Source: Octopus vulgaris (taxonomy: Eukaryota). Taken from it: 64,000 nt of DNA. This document shows positions 42,765 through 57,040 of this stretch, piece by piece. Under the pieces are notes generated by a model. The model made no database searches, had not been told where the DNA came from, and worked only from the letters and a program-made list of their open reading frames with translations. The stretch is taken from contig OX597832.1 in NCBI GenBank assembly GCA_951406725.2, positions 19,406,001 to 19,470,000 of the forward strand, in the 5' to 3' direction. The position numbers were made by a program, and so were the translations under genes. Position 1 is the first letter of the stretch. Each line of letters begins with the position of its first letter.

Positions 42765-43059
42765 TTTATTGTTATTATTATTACTGTTGTTGTTGTTGTT
42801 ATTATTATTATTATCATTATTATTATTTCACTTAGCTTTAGCAAGACTAATTACCTAGTGTTATCACTCAATATCCATATGATTCAGAAAAAAAAAGTGC
42901 CAATCGAGTATAGAACGGTAATAAGAAATTAATATGGCCAGGGAATACGAAAGTATGTCATGAACGTTATGACATTATTTCATACTCCCTTATCATTTTA
43001 ATGTCTTATATATAGAGATCGATAGATAGATAGAGAGAGAGAAAGATGTCTGTGTGTGC

Positions 43060-43260
43060 GCTTGCAGAAACGTTAGTACGCCGGGCGAAATGCGTAGCCG
43101 TATTTCGTCTGTCGTTACGTTCCGAGCTCAAATTCCGCCGAGGTCGACTTTGCCTTTCATCCTTTCGGGGTCGATTAATTAGGTACCAGTTACGCACTGG
43201 GGTCGATGTAATCGACTTAATCCCTTTGTCTGTCCTTGTTTGTCCCTCTGTGGGTAGTAA
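43060..43260 (+). mobile_element. Meta-type SINE
   Basis: gcagaaacgttagtacgccgggcgaaatg..gaggtcgactttgcctttcatcctttcggggtcgat. Confidence 0.88.
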
Positions 43261-43261
43261 T

Positions 43262-43316
<55 letters not shown>

Positions 43317-43777
43317 ATACACATACATATATACACCAATTTTCTCTTGTATCATTGGCAAGGAATAGTTAATTTTTTTTCTTGTTATTTTCCTCTATCA
43401 GAAGAATATAACGTATTGCTCTCCACTCTCCTTCTTCGTACAAATCTAATTATTTATTATTCAATGTGTAGCATCGAGTGAAATTTCAAATTTCAGCGAC
43501 AAGGAATTCGCCATTTTCCGTGTTTTTTTTTTCTTTTATAATTTTTTGTCTTGCTATACCCATCGTCCGTTGACGAGACGCAACAGGCTCATGGCCAATT
43601 AGAGAATTTCCGCCGACGTTAAGTTTTGGAGAGGGATGTGTGCATAGTTGTAAGTAAATAGCTATAACAGAAAATGAAATAGCATTGTGTTAAAAGATAA
43701 CTTCTACTACCTTCGGGCTAGACACGTTTAGCAAAACTACACACACACAAACACATGTATACATACATATACATATT

Positions 43778-43990
43778 GTATGTAGATTGGTATTTATATT
43801 TATATACATACATATATATATTATATATATGCACGTATACTATGTAGATACGTATTTATATTTATATACATACATATATATATTATATATATGCACATAT
43901 ACTATGTAGATACGTATTTATATTTATATACATATATACATACATATATATATATATACATATACTCTGTAGATACCTATGTATATTTAC
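43778..43990. repeat. ~58-bp tandem repeat, 3-4 copies
   Basis: Repeated tatgtagatacgtatttatatttatatacata units. Confidence 0.8.
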
Positions 43991-44046
43991 ATACATTACA
44001 CATATATATATAATATACATATATGTATATAAATATGATATGTACA

Positions 44047-44120
<74 letters not shown>

Positions 44121-44371
44121 TTAATATGTTATATCTATTTGTGTGTGTGTATATATATATATTTATACGTGTATATGTGTGTGTGTGTATGTGTGTACTT
44201 CAGTCTTTTGTCTAGCGACGTTCTAATTCGTCTGTTTGTCCCTCTGCCTAATCTCACTACTTAACTCATCTATCTAGGTTGCTATCTCCATAACAACTAA
44301 CAGAGTTGTTTACCTATTTTATAACATGTCAATTTCTTTATCTCTCTCTCTCTCTTTCTATCTTACTCACT

Positions 44372-44423
<52 letters not shown>

Positions 44424-44554
44424 GTCCGTCTCTCTGTCTGTCTGTCTCTACCTCATAATATTCTCTCTTACGAAATTATGTTTCGGAGTGTGTTGTCTGT
44501 TTAATGCAATTATGTATATGTATGAATGTATGTGTGTATATATATATATACATA

Positions 44555-44716
44555 TTTTCGAAACGCGGAGCAGATGAAACAGGGACAACTGAAGACGGGG
44601 AATATTCCTTGTGTATCTGTTTTTTCGTTGTTTGAAAAACAAAATTGTTTCCATGTTTTTGTTTTTATATTTTCGTTTCTCATTGTGTTCAACGTTTTTT
44701 CTTTGATGTCCTGTAC

Positions 44717-44720
<4 letters not shown>
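44555..44720 (+). mobile_element. Short TA-embedded element with GAAAC...CTGAAGA (permuted hammerhead-like order)
   Basis: ttttcGAAACgcggagca..caaCTGAAGAcggggaata; ends gtcctgtacc like 26247 on the minus strand; (TA)n on both sides. Confidence 0.5.
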
Positions 44721-44801
<81 letters not shown>

Positions 44802-44849
44802 GTTTGTGTGTGTGTGTATGTGTATGTGTGTGTGTGTATGTATATACTC

Positions 44850-45110
44850 GTACCGAACCGCTAAGTTACGGGGACATAAACACACCAGCATCGGTTATCA
44901 AGCGATGTTAGAGGGACAAACATACACACACATATACATATATACAACGGGCTTGCTTCAGTTTCCGTCTTCCAAATATCCGCTCACAAGGCTATGGTCG
45001 GCCCGAGGCTATAGTAGAAGACACTTGTCCAAGGTGCCAAGCAGTGTGACTGAACTTAGAACCATGTGGTTGGTAAGCAAGCTACCTACCACAGAGCCTC
45101 TCCTACGCCT
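44850..45110 (-). mobile_element. SINE family A, 3'-truncated
   Basis: Reverse complement of head and centre. Confidence 0.85.
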
Positions 45111-45127
45111 ACATATGATAAATTTAC

Positions 45128-45173
<46 letters not shown>

Positions 45174-45265
45174 ATACATACATATATATATATACATACA
45201 TACATGCATTTATTACCTGACATGTATATAGGTACATACATACATACATACACACATATATATAC

Positions 45266-45317
<52 letters not shown>

Positions 45318-45750
45318 GTATATATATACATATCCATCCACCAAGAAACATGCACGCGTGTGCACTCGTATATACAAGCGCACGTACACACACTCACATA
45401 TAATCATAAAACATATTTGTTAATTTGTTTTCCTCAAACTGTTTGCAATCCTATATCAGTTATATTTAAGTAGGCTAAAACGGATTTAGATGAGGTTAAA
45501 GGAGATGATCTGTACATAACCAACAAATTGATATAATCTAACACAACAAAAAAATAAATGAAAATATAAAATAAGACAAAAAATAAACAAAATAGATATA
45601 TAAAGAGCAATGAAACAAACACATAACATCCAGAATCGTTTAAATAACAATTATAATAAAAAAATAAATAAGAGAAACAATTTATGAAAAGAAAATAATG
45701 CATAAAAGACTAGAAATAAACGAAAACTGATTGACGAAAGAAACAAGAAT

Positions 45751-46241
<491 letters not shown>

Positions 46242-46966
46242 TAGAATATGATATAAAACTTTTTTTCTTGTATGTGTGTGTGTGTTTTGTGTAAGTATGA
46301 AGTGAAATTTAAAGATCAAATGAGAGAAAGAGTGAGAGGTGGGTACAGAGAGAAAGTGAGAGGGTAAAGAGAGTGAGAATTAAATATTATTAAGCAAAAA
46401 AGAGCTAATAAAATTATAGCTAATATATATATGCTTTATAAAAAAAATAAATACGGAAAATTGGGCAATTACATGCATAACAATCAACAATTTGTGAGGC
46501 TGCTTTTGTTTCTGTTGTTTTTTTTTTTTTTGATATCCTAAATTTTGTATTTTAGTTAAAAATAAATTGTAAAAATGAAACCAAAAACAATTGTTAAAAA
46601 GAAAAAAAACAATTAAGAAGAAATGTAAAAATATAACAACAACAACAACAACAACAACAACAATAAGGAAATTAAATATGATTAGGTGATTAGAGTAATA
46701 TTTATTAAGGCATTTAATCTCCTATATAGAAATACAAACAAACAGACACATAGCGTGCAACAGTTATTGTTTGTGCGTAGGTGGGTAGGTGTATATATAT
46801 ATATTCACACACACACGTATATATTTATATGTATACTGTGCTTATATATGAATATTATATATAATGTATGTATTTGTGACTGCGTGAGTGTATAATCTAT
46901 ACACATTCTATTTGGTATATATATATACATATACACCTTATAAACATTAGGTACGCATATCATAGG

Positions 46967-47043
<77 letters not shown>

Positions 47044-47264
47044 TATATTATATGTATGTATTATGTGTGTGTGTGTATTTATATGTGCATGTTAGTACGT
47101 ATGTAAGTGCATGCATATAGTAGGGTTGTTAAGAAATTGCTAGCGTAAGAAGCAATATATGCTGTAATTAATTGCTAAGTTTGTGTGTGTATGTGTGTGT
47201 GTGTCTGTTTGTGTGTGTGTGTGTGTTATTATCTTATCATAATCATAATTATTCCTTTCTTCTC

Positions 47265-47678
47265 TATGCATAAGGTCCCGAAATTTTTGGGGGAGGGCAA
47301 CCTGTAGATTAGATCGACCCAGTACGTAACTGATACTTATCATATCGACTCCGAAAGGATGAAAAGCAAAGTCGACCTCGGTGGAATGTTAACTCAGAAC
47401 GTAAAGACAGACGAAATACTGCTAAGCATTTCGCCCGGCGTGCTAACGTTTCTCATTTCTTTATTGCCCACATGGGGTTAAACATAGAGGGGACAAACAA
47501 GGACAGACAAAGGGATTAAGTCAATAACATCAAACCCGGTGCATAACTGGTACTTATTTAATCGACCCCGAAAGGATGAAAGGCAAAGTCGACCTCGGCG
47601 GAATTTGAACTCAGAACGTAACGGCAGACGAAATACAGTAAGCCCAGTGTGCTAACGTTTCTGCCAGCTCGCCACCTT
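47265..47678 (-). mobile_element. Two tandem Meta-type SINE copies with different tails
   Basis: Two aaagtcgacctcgg cores; the head ctgccagctcgccacctt lies at the right end. Confidence 0.85.
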
Positions 47679-47821
47679 CAAAATCATTTTTTGTTATTGA
47701 GACGTGGTACAGCTGATGTATCCAGTTTAATTATGCATCTCACAGTACCACAATCCGTAGTGTAGTCTACGAACCATTATTTTGTGTTCTTTTAGTCCAT
47801 TTTTCAAAAATATTTTGCAAT

Positions 47822-48228
47822 GGAGTGGCTGTGTGGTAAGTAGCTTGTTTACCAACCACATGGTTCCGGGTTCAGTCCCACTGCGTGGCATCTTGGGCAA
47901 GTGTCTTCTGCTATAGCCGCGGGCCGACCAATGCCTTGTGAGTGGATTTGGTAGACGGAAACTGAAAGAAGCCCGTCGTATATATGTATATATATGTATG
48001 TGTGTGTGTGTTTGTGTGTCTGTGTTTGTCCCCCTAGCATTGCTTGACAAACGATGCTGGTGTGTTTACGTTCCCGTCACCTAGCGGTTCGGCAAAAGAG
48101 ACCGATAGAATAAGTACTGGGCTTACAAAGAATAAGTCCCGGGGTCGATTTTCTCGACTAAAGGCGGTGCTCCAGCATGTCCGCAGTCAAATGACTGAAA
48201 CAAGTAAAAGAGTAAAAGAGTAAAGAGT
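47822..48228 (+). mobile_element. SINE family A, young near-full copy
   Basis: Complete centre and (gtaaaaga)n tail. Confidence 0.92.
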
Positions 48229-48710
48229 AATGCATTTTTTAAAGCTATCCGTACATTATATCGAGGACTTAACGAATAATTCTTGTTAAGGTAAATGAAG
48301 AATCTTTCTATATTATGCATTGCAACTACTCCCAGAATAAAGTTTAGTTTTCCCGTATTTGCCTCACGTTTTTCGTTAGTTTCTTAGTCCCCACTAATAT
48401 ATGACAAGTTCAGGGCGTTATTAACTTCTTTTCCGAATGTGGTTGGATACAGTTGTATGTGCACACCAATACCAAGGTTCGTCCTTGGACGTCTTTATTG
48501 TATGTTCATGCTTTTACAATCATCCTTATTATTTGCTTTGTTTATTAGTTAAACTTCTTGATTTGCCCAAGTGATACAAATTGAAGAGATTTTGAGGCTG
48601 ATCCTTGCCCGATGAAGTGCAAAAGCCAATCAGAGATCGTCTTTCAGTAGATATAAAATAATACTATATAATAGTTCAGTAGATATAAAATAGGACTATA
48701 TAATAGGTAC

Positions 48711-48855
48711 AGGAGTGGCTGCGTGGTAAGTAGCTTACTTCCCAACCACATGGTTCCACTGCGTGGCACCTTGGGCAAGTGTCTTCTACTATAGCCTCGG
48801 GCCGACCAAAGCCTTGTGAATGGATTTGGTAGACGGAAACTGAAAGAAGCCCGTC

Positions 48856-48923
<68 letters not shown>

Positions 48924-49108
48924 TTGTGAGTCTGTGTTTGTCCCTCCAGCATCGCTTGACAACCGATGTTGGTGTGTTTACGGCAAAAGAGACCGATAGA
49001 ATAAGTACTAGGCTAAGAAAGAATAAGTCCCTGGGTCGATTTGCTCGACTAAAAGCGGAGCTCCAGCATGGCCGCTGTCAAATGACTGATACAAGTAAAA
49101 GAGTAAAG
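48711..49108 (+). mobile_element. SINE family A
   Basis: Head ggtacaggagtggctgcgtggtaag, internal (TA)n(TG)n and tail. Confidence 0.9.
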
Positions 49109-49687
49109 ACAATATATATTGTTTTACATACTAATAAAGTTATTTCAGGCACTTTGTCCTTTATTTTTTACACACACCTATCATTTTCACTCACGACATG
49201 AAAGACATTCTAGTCATTTTGGCTACAGACACCAAAACACGACGTGTCTCAAAAGGGTTAAATATGAGCACCTCTGTGGCAGTGGGCATGGTGAAGCTAA
49301 CCACAAAGTTTGTGGGAATAAAAACTTCCTCTCTCAAAATTATTGAAGTCACATTCACACATATACAAAATAAAGAATTAAGATCACAAAAAATGAATAG
49401 AAAAAGTGACAATGAAATAAACTTAGTTATAAATACGGACATTTACAAGTTGACAACCACGGAAAAATACAAAAAGAAAATGGCGATAAAACATTTCAAT
49501 GACAATAACAAACGAACAACGAACAGATATGCGACCCATTCTTTGCTAGTCAAATAAATGAAATAATAGGTAGCGGTCAACTCCAGACAAAAAGAAAAGC
49601 GTGCCTCGAAAGAGAGTTCTTCCTTACAAAAAAAAAAAAAAAAAAAAAAAAACTTTGCCTAGTAAATGGTATTGTACACTACCATAA

Positions 49688-50447
49688 GGCGGCGAGCTGG
49701 TAGAATCGTCAGCACGCCGGGTGAAGTGCGTAGCCGTATTTCGTCTGCCGCTACGTTCTGAGTTGAAATTCCGTCGAGGTCGACTTTGCCTTTCATCCTT
49801 TCGGGGTCGATAAATTAGGTACCAGTTACGCACTGGAGTCGATGTAATCGACTTAATCAGTTTTTTCTCTCTGTGCTTAGCCCCTTGTGGGTAGTAAAGA
49901 AATAGGTATTTCGTCTGCCGTTACGTTCTGAGTTCAAATTTCGCCGAGGTCGACTTTGCTTTTAATCATTTCGGGGTCGATAAATTAGGTACCAGTTACG
50001 CACTGGGGTCGATGTAATCGACTTAATCAGTTTGTCTGTCCTTGTTTGTCCTCTCTGTGCTTAGCCCCTTGTGGGTAGTAAAGAAATAGGTATTTCGTCT
50101 GCCGCTACGTTCTGAGTTCAAATTCCGCCGAGGTCGACTTTGCCTTTAATCCTTTCGGCATCGATAAATTAGGCACCAATTACGTACTGGGGTCGATGTA
50201 ATCGACTTAATCAGTTTGTCTGTCCTTGTTTGTCCCATCTGTGTTTAGCCCCTTGAGAGTAGAAATAGGTATTTCATCTGCCGCTACGTTCTGAGTTCAA
50301 ATTCCGCCGAGGTCGACTTTGCGTTTCATCCTTTCGGAATCGATTAAATAAGTACCAGTTACGGACTGGGGTCGATATAATCGACTTAATCAGTTTGTCC
50401 TTGTTTGTCCTCTCTGTGTTTAGCCCCTTGTGGGTAGTAAAGAAATA
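49688..50447 (+). mobile_element. Meta-type SINE plus three tandem headless ~185-bp repeats, flanked by a 17-bp TSD
   Basis: TSD ggtattgta(c/a)actacca at 49668-49684 and 50448-50464; internal junctions aaataggtatttc. Confidence 0.92.
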
Positions 50448-50549
50448 GGTATTGTAAACTACCAGAGAGGATTTCCCTACGCCCCCGAAAGAAGAGTTGA
50501 GGAAACCTTGATTAACGAGTACAGAAAATATGTGCTTTGTCGTTTCCTG

Positions 50550-51530
50550 CACAACTTGTTATTTTGTATTTAGAAATTTTACAGCGGGTTCAACTGTCTA
50601 GCACGGACAAGGTATATTGGTGCGAAAATCCGTCTCAGCTGCTGGAATAGTGGAAGTTAAATCCGGCTCTACAAAGTGTTAGTCCTCATGAACGGATAGT
50701 ATTTTTCTGAAAGCTTTAATGTTTGTAGTATGCCAAGTGTATTCGTTCCTCTCTCACCAGAATCTATAGAAAATGTCAACAAACTGAAAATTATCAGTTC
50801 TAGAACTGCTAATTAGACAGTAAGGTAATCTATAGCGATCACGATAAAGTATTTTATCTATAGTGATCTGGAAAAATTTGGTGTTGGTGTATAATGTAGA
50901 CGTCGCCGGAGCCGTACAAAACTGTGCAAGCCCAGAGAAATGGATCTAAAATGAAGACTGTCAAGCAGAGATACGATCCGATCTATATCTAAATGACTGT
51001 CCTAGATCATTTGGGTTAAATTTAAAGTGTTCGAAGGATTTAAACTAGGTGTCTGTGCGTTCGGTTTCTCTCCGGTCTTCTGGGGCCTGTGACAAATGCA
51101 GAAAATCTAAGACTGGTGTGATTATTGTTTGAGAAGCAGGTTGTCCCACCCCTCTTCTAGTTTATGTAGCTGCATCCTGGATCAAGCGTACATCAATATT
51201 CGGTGTCTTGTATGTGGAATGCTGCCTGGTAAACATTGTGATCTACAAGCCGATAAATGCAATCAGTGGAACGTTCACACAAGAATACTATAAAGAGAAG
51301 TAACGAAAGTTAGCTTGAATGATATCGAAGAGAATTTAGCCTTCACAAACCCAGCGAAGTCTTTCATTTCAGCGTCTGTCTTGAATCTTCAGAAGCAGAA
51401 GGCCATGTTTGCATAGGTAAGAAAAGGAAATCTCTTACATCGGTGTAGACCTCGAAGAAAACATAAAAAATTCCTAGCCACATCAGAGTTAGGGAACACG
51501 TCTAGATGAAGCAGTTGTATCGGATGGCGA
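50550..51530 (-). pseudogene. Possible DIRS-type retrotransposon RNase H remnant
   Basis: FKTDAEMKDFAG (~TDAS..GWG, 51350-51385) and SYIN*KRGGT (~AYINKQGGT, 51142-51171) lie ~70 codons apart, as expected; heavily decayed. Confidence 0.45.
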
Positions 51531-51869
51531 TAAAATTCGTAATGTAATCCAATAGGCTACTGAGTAAATCAATATCCTGCTGTGTGTAAGCTGTATGCAA
51601 ATTAACACTGTATTCATGCATAAATAATTTTTCGTTTTCCGTCGTTTTTTTTTTTACTGCGTTTCTATCTTTACACTAATCTCTTCAAGCCTTGTGCCAC
51701 TAGGTCAATGAACAACCCCTGGTGCCTTCTTTGTAATATTCTATGTAATTTACGCAAATTCTTTTTTCTGTGAGAAAAATCAATTCCAGATTTCTAGTAT
51801 GTGACTGCTGTTTTATTTAACGATTACGAATTGGCGACCAACAAATATTCGAACGATATATATATCGTT

Positions 51870-52069
51870 TAAAACTAAACTGGATCTATTCTTGTCGGGA
51901 GTCCCAGATGAACCTACCTCATGACAGGAGACGCAGATGCGGGCAGCAACATCGAACTCCCTTGTTGATTAAGTGCCACGTATCAGAGGTTGCTTCACAT
52001 ATTAGTGTAGCTCATTCAGCGGTGGTGCCCCAGCATGACCGCGGCCTTCGGGCTAAAACATTTTAAAGG

Positions 52070-52070
<1 letters not shown>
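51870..52070 (+). mobile_element. Retroposon 3' end sharing the family A tail
   Basis: ggtggtgccccagcatgaccgcggcc..aaacat resembles ggcggtgctccagcatggccgcag, but the upstream body differs. Confidence 0.5.
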
Positions 52071-52117
<47 letters not shown>

Positions 52118-52176
52118 TATTATATTATATACACAAATGTATATATATATATGTACGCACATATATGCACACACAG

Positions 52177-52215
<39 letters not shown>

Positions 52216-53189
52216 AACATATGTGGGCTGGGTGTACTTACACGCATATACATACATACACGAAATGAACACTAAAGTTGACTTCAGTTAAATGGCCACT
52301 GTGGAGAGCCGATGATCTAACGACTCTGATAATCCATCCCCTTTCAGGCTAATTGCCTAAGAGTATTTTATTTCACCTTCCTATATTCTGAGTCCCAGGG
52401 ACGACCTAGCCTTTCAACTTATCGAGATCGATAAAACAATTACCAAGCATAGTCGTATGTATATTTTTTTCTATTTAACTTCACTACGCCTCAAAAACTT
52501 CTCTGGCTCTCAGCCAATGTGGCGATTTGGCTGATGTTGTCATTATTCCTGAAACAAAATAATCGAAATATTGATTTTTTTTTTTTTGTCCAAGTCAGAC
52601 CTTATTAAGAAGAGATAGGTTTAAAAATCATATTTGCCACCGGTGACCCTCTCGTCGTATTTTGAAACTTGTCATAGTGTATCAAGATCTACCATTAATT
52701 AGTGCCGAGTACGTATGTTAAAGATAGTATGTGTAATGATTTAAAGGAGATTTACAATTTACATAATATTGATATCCTAGATATCTTTTCATTGCTCCGT
52801 ATCATCATCATCAGCAGCAGCAGAAGTAGTAGTAGTAGCAGCAGGAAATGTTGTTGATATTTAGTCCCAATCTGTCTCAATCATATATGTCTACGATCAA
52901 AGACAATCCAGTCATGAACATCACGTCTTCTTTCCCTACCTCATAATCAAAGACAGCCTAGTTATTACCTTTCTGCTTTTTCATTTGAATAAAATACAAT
53001 ACGGTTTCTAGTACAACACTATTCGTAACGACCTTCTTCATTTAACAGTAAATGGTGCCTTTCAGATAGGTTTGAGTATTATGTCTAGCAGTGTCGAGCG
53101 CCCACTACATAATATAGAGTTACTCTAATATATTCTCGAAAACAGGAATAAACCCGAATATATTTTACTCTTATTGTTGTACCTTTAAT

Positions 53190-53860
53190 TAGCACCCCGG
53201 GCGAAATGCTTAGCGGTATTTCGTCCGCCGTTACGTTCTGAGTTCAAATTGTCAATAATGTACCAGACAATTGCTAGCCATACACTTAACCTGAAGCTAT
53301 TGTATTATTATATGTTCATCAAGGCGGCGAAACGCTTCGTGGTATTTCGCCTATCTCCATGTTCCGAGTTCAAATGCCGCCGGAGTCGACTTTACTGTTC
53401 AGGGTCGATAAATTAAGTACCAGTTATGCACTGGGATCGATGTAATCTACAAATCCCCTCCCCTAAAATTTCAGGCCTTGTGCATATAATAGAAAGTATT
53501 ATTAACCCTTCATCATTCTTCCGTCTCTTTACGTCCTGTGTTCAAATTCCGCTGAGGTTCACTCTGCCTTTCAGATTTTTGGTGTCGATAAAATAAGCAC
53601 CATTCGTGCACAGGCGACGATGTAATCAAATCACCCCTCCAAAATTAGATAGAATTCTTATACATTTATCAGAAAGAATTATTATACATTTATCATTCTT
53701 CCACCTTTTATTTCCAAAGTTCTAATTCTAACGACATTGGCTTCGCCTTTTCTTTCTCTCAGAATCGTTAAAATAAGTACTTGTTGAGCAACGAAGTCAA
53801 TGTAACACACTTACCACTTCCTCTTAAATTGCTGGCATTGAGCCAAAATAGGAAACCATT
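53190..53860 (+). mobile_element. Cluster of progressively decayed Meta-type SINE units
   Basis: Several ttcaaatt..gtcgataaa..aagtac cores. Confidence 0.75.
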
Positions 53861-54402
53861 ATCATACCTTTATCAGCAAACCATAGACATCATCTTATTT
53901 GCCGAAATAACGATGGTGTCGGTAAAATGATTACTGCGTTGAACAACAGTGTCGCTAAAATGATTACTGCGTTGAACAACAGCGTCGCATATGAGTAGAC
54001 GTTAAAAATATCGTTTTTTAGCCCCATGAAATATATTCAACAACTACAATAATAATATCAACTACATGGTGTTTTCGTAATATATGCGACATATGATGAG
54101 AAAAAGGTAAGCTTTCATACTGTCTTTCTTGACGATCAAGTAGAGTTAAATTTTCCAACGTCAGGTAATTTTAAGAGAGTATTTTTTTTATATTATTTAT
54201 AATATTTTTGTATTATTTATAGCGCTTTTTATATTATTTATAGTATTTTTTATTGATGGTTCAATGAGTTTTATTAAAGACATTTAAATTTTAATTGCTA
54301 CGCCTAGAAGTCGAATTCATGCTAGTTTTTCCTTTCATTCGCGTGTGTGTGAGCGTATGTGTATATGCACGTTCATGTGTAAATATAATATATTCGTGTG
54401 TG

Positions 54403-54458
<56 letters not shown>

Positions 54459-54540
54459 TTGTGTGTATGTGTATATATAAATATGTGTGTTGTTTTGTGT
54501 GTGGATATATACATATATTCTTTCGTGTGTATAAATTTAT

Positions 54541-54577
<37 letters not shown>

Positions 54578-55289
54578 TCTTTTGTTGTTTAACACTCCAT
54601 GTGTCGAGAGATCTAATCTAATAGGCAGTGGTATAAGTCTCTTTGAAGAGGTTAATCAACCAAGGAGTAAAAAGTTAGCATGTGGATTCATTAATCATCT
54701 CAGTTAAACAGCAGGATATTTGCATAATTACCCACTCTTTCAGGTTCTTGTTTATTTATTTATTTATATAGGAATTTTATATATGTCTATATATTTATTT
54801 ATTTATTTATTTATTTTATATTCTGATTATTGATCAACAGTCTCGTAGATTGCTGGCGTCCAACCGGTCAATCACTCGTTCACTGCATCAAAGAGAGTGA
54901 GAGTATAAAGGGAGTATATACAGCTCGTTGCAGAATAAATATCACAAAGGACTTGTATTTGAACAGTGTTTCTTTTGATGCACGTACACATACTATGTGT
55001 GTGTGTGTTTCTGTGTATGTTTGTGTGTGTGTGTGTGGCGTAAAAGTAAAGTAGTTATGTTGGGTAGTACGAGGTGCTTTGGTTGATCCTGCTACGACGA
55101 GGCCCCTAGGTTAAATATCATTTGTTATAAAATCGGGTCGACCCACACATGTGAATAATGTAAGGTACACAGCAACTATATAGAAAGCCGTTGGATCGAT
55201 TTTATCAGGACTTCTAATGTTACCGCTCTGTCCCACCGTCATATGAGTGCGTATGTATGTATGAGGGCAAGAAAACACTTACACATATT

Positions 55290-55565
55290 GTGGAAGTCGG
55301 GTGGCCAGTGCTTATGGAATTGTACTCACAATCAAGTGATCACGGGTTCCATTCCTGTACCAAGCGTTGTGTTGCGCACTTGCGCAAAACACTAAATTTC
55401 AAGTTGCTCCAGGCCACTCGGCTGCAAGTGTGTAACCCTCCCATTAGAAGAAATATTGGTCTGCTCTCCTTGCCAGTGGGAAGCCGTCATTCGAAAACTA
55501 AAACTGATGTAAAGAGCATTGTGACTAGCGATGTATAACAGCAGCCGATAGTCTAATAGGTCAAA
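55290..55565 (+). mobile_element. Diverged SINE with a family C-like head and the tail of 58534-58842
   Basis: ..aaaacactaaatttcaagttgctccag.. followed by gtcattcgaa..gcattgtgactagcgatgt. Confidence 0.55.
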
Positions 55566-55876
55566 TCCATACTTGACGAGTTCGAGTGTATTCGGGCGTG
55601 AGGAGACTTTCAGCTGCAGAAACGGTCCTAGTACAAAATTTTCCTTTGAAACATGTGTGAAAATGCATAATGTTCGGTGAGTGAAGTCACAGGTGCATAG
55701 GACGGGTGGGTGAGTCACTGTCAGCTACGAACATCGCAACTATTATTCAAAACGTCCATTAAAGAGGAAATTATTATTATTATTAAAATGACACAGCGGG
55801 TATTTTTGCTGATGGTCGTAAAACTTGCTCAACATAATATACTTACATACTATATATATATATATATATATATATA

Positions 55877-56061
55877 CCGGAGTAAACACATGAATGTGAA
55901 ACAAGGTGGAAAAAAGAGTACTCAAATACCAGTGGTAGAGTAATATGCTTTATTTAAAGCAGCAGAAAATTCAACAAAACGTGTTACTCTGAGTTTCCCT
56001 TTGCGGCAACGGGAAACTCAGAGTAACAGGTTTTGTTGAATTTTCTGCTGCTTTAAATAAA

Positions 56062-56067
<6 letters not shown>
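55877..56067 (-). mobile_element. Fold-back hammerhead mini-element (copy 3, youngest)
   Basis: Near-perfect ~60-bp-arm palindrome at 55943-56067; each arm retains GAAAC-TCAGA-GTA-AC; tail at 55877-55942; (TA)n on both sides. Confidence 0.85.
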
Positions 56068-56114
<47 letters not shown>

Positions 56115-56178
56115 TATATATCGTTGCTATGATGTTAAACTGTCGTATGTCAAAATTTAAACAAATACGTTGTTTTAA

Positions 56179-56226
<48 letters not shown>

Positions 56227-56229
56227 TAT

Positions 56230-56623
56230 ATATCGTTGCTATTATGTTAAACTGTCGTATGTCAAAATTTAAACAAATACGTTTTTTTAATATTTAGTTT
56301 TGCATTCAACAACCGGTTCTGTTGGTCAAACTATCGTATCTCCAGCTGCTTCGGATGCCAAGATATGAAAATTGTCAAAATGCAGTACAAAGGTTTAGCA
56401 TTTTTTCAAAATGGTACTATGTCCTACATTCGACAGTTTTGATAAAATATTTCTGACTGAAAATATTATGCATGCATGACGTTGCCATTTTATGCACCCA
56501 ATATTCTTAATATGAAACTGTTGCTAACGTAAAAAATGAAATATAATGGTGAAACTATTTTTTCTTTTTCTGAAAAAAGCGACGTTTCGGAGCTTCGAAT
56601 CTTTTGCATAATAACAACAACAT
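56230..56623. mobile_element. MITE of the same family as 28433-28690, with a duplicated left end at ~56118-56180
   Basis: TIRs atatcgttgctattatg / cataataacaacaacat in (TA)n. Confidence 0.75.
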
Positions 56624-56700
56624 ATATATATATATATATTTGTGTGTGTGTGTGTGTGCGTGTGTATATATATATATATATATATATATTGTCGCTATGT

Positions 56701-57040
56701 GAAGGCACATGGCTCAGTGGTTAGAATGTCGAGCTTACCATCGTGAGGTTTTGAGCTCGAATCCCGGACCGGGTTGCGTGTTGTGTTCTTGAGCAAGACA
56801 CTTTTATTTCACGTTGCTCCAGTTCACCCAGCTATAGAAATGAGTTGCGAGGTCGCAGGTGCCAAGCTGTATCGGTCTCTTTGCCTTTCCCTTGGATAAC
56901 ACTGGTGGCGTGGAGAGGGGAGGCTGGTGTGCATGGGCGACTGCTGGCCTTCCATAAACAACCTTGCTTGGACTTGTGCCTGGGAGGGTAACTTTCTAGG
57001 TGCAAACCCAATGGTTAATGTCGTGACCGAAGGGGGTCTC
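56701..57040 (+). mobile_element. tRNA-derived SINE family C, full length
   Basis: A box tggctcagtgg, B-like ctcgaatcc, core cttgagcaagacac..ttgctccagt; decayed TSD atattgtcgcta/ataatgtcacta. Confidence 0.85.

Noticed and set aside
48609-48641. CCGATGA..GAGATCGTC hammerhead-like remnant
   Set aside because: GAAA is mutated and stems I/II are not supported.
49198-49557. 119-aa non-repetitive ORF
   Set aside because: No recognisable motif or supporting splice context; such lengths can occur by chance.
49688-50447. Regularly spaced repeats suggestive of a CRISPR array (also 8364-8921)
   Set aside because: The 'spacers' are themselves homologous SINE sequence, the context is eukaryotic, and there are no cas genes.
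50815-50860. KYFIVIAIDYLT (minus strand) as a Gypsy integrase motif
   Set aside because: No downstream D..E motifs; neighbouring remnants fit a DIRS-like element better.
53925-53990. ~31-bp tandem duplication (also 48645-48711)
   Set aside because: Ordinary slippage duplication without further structure.
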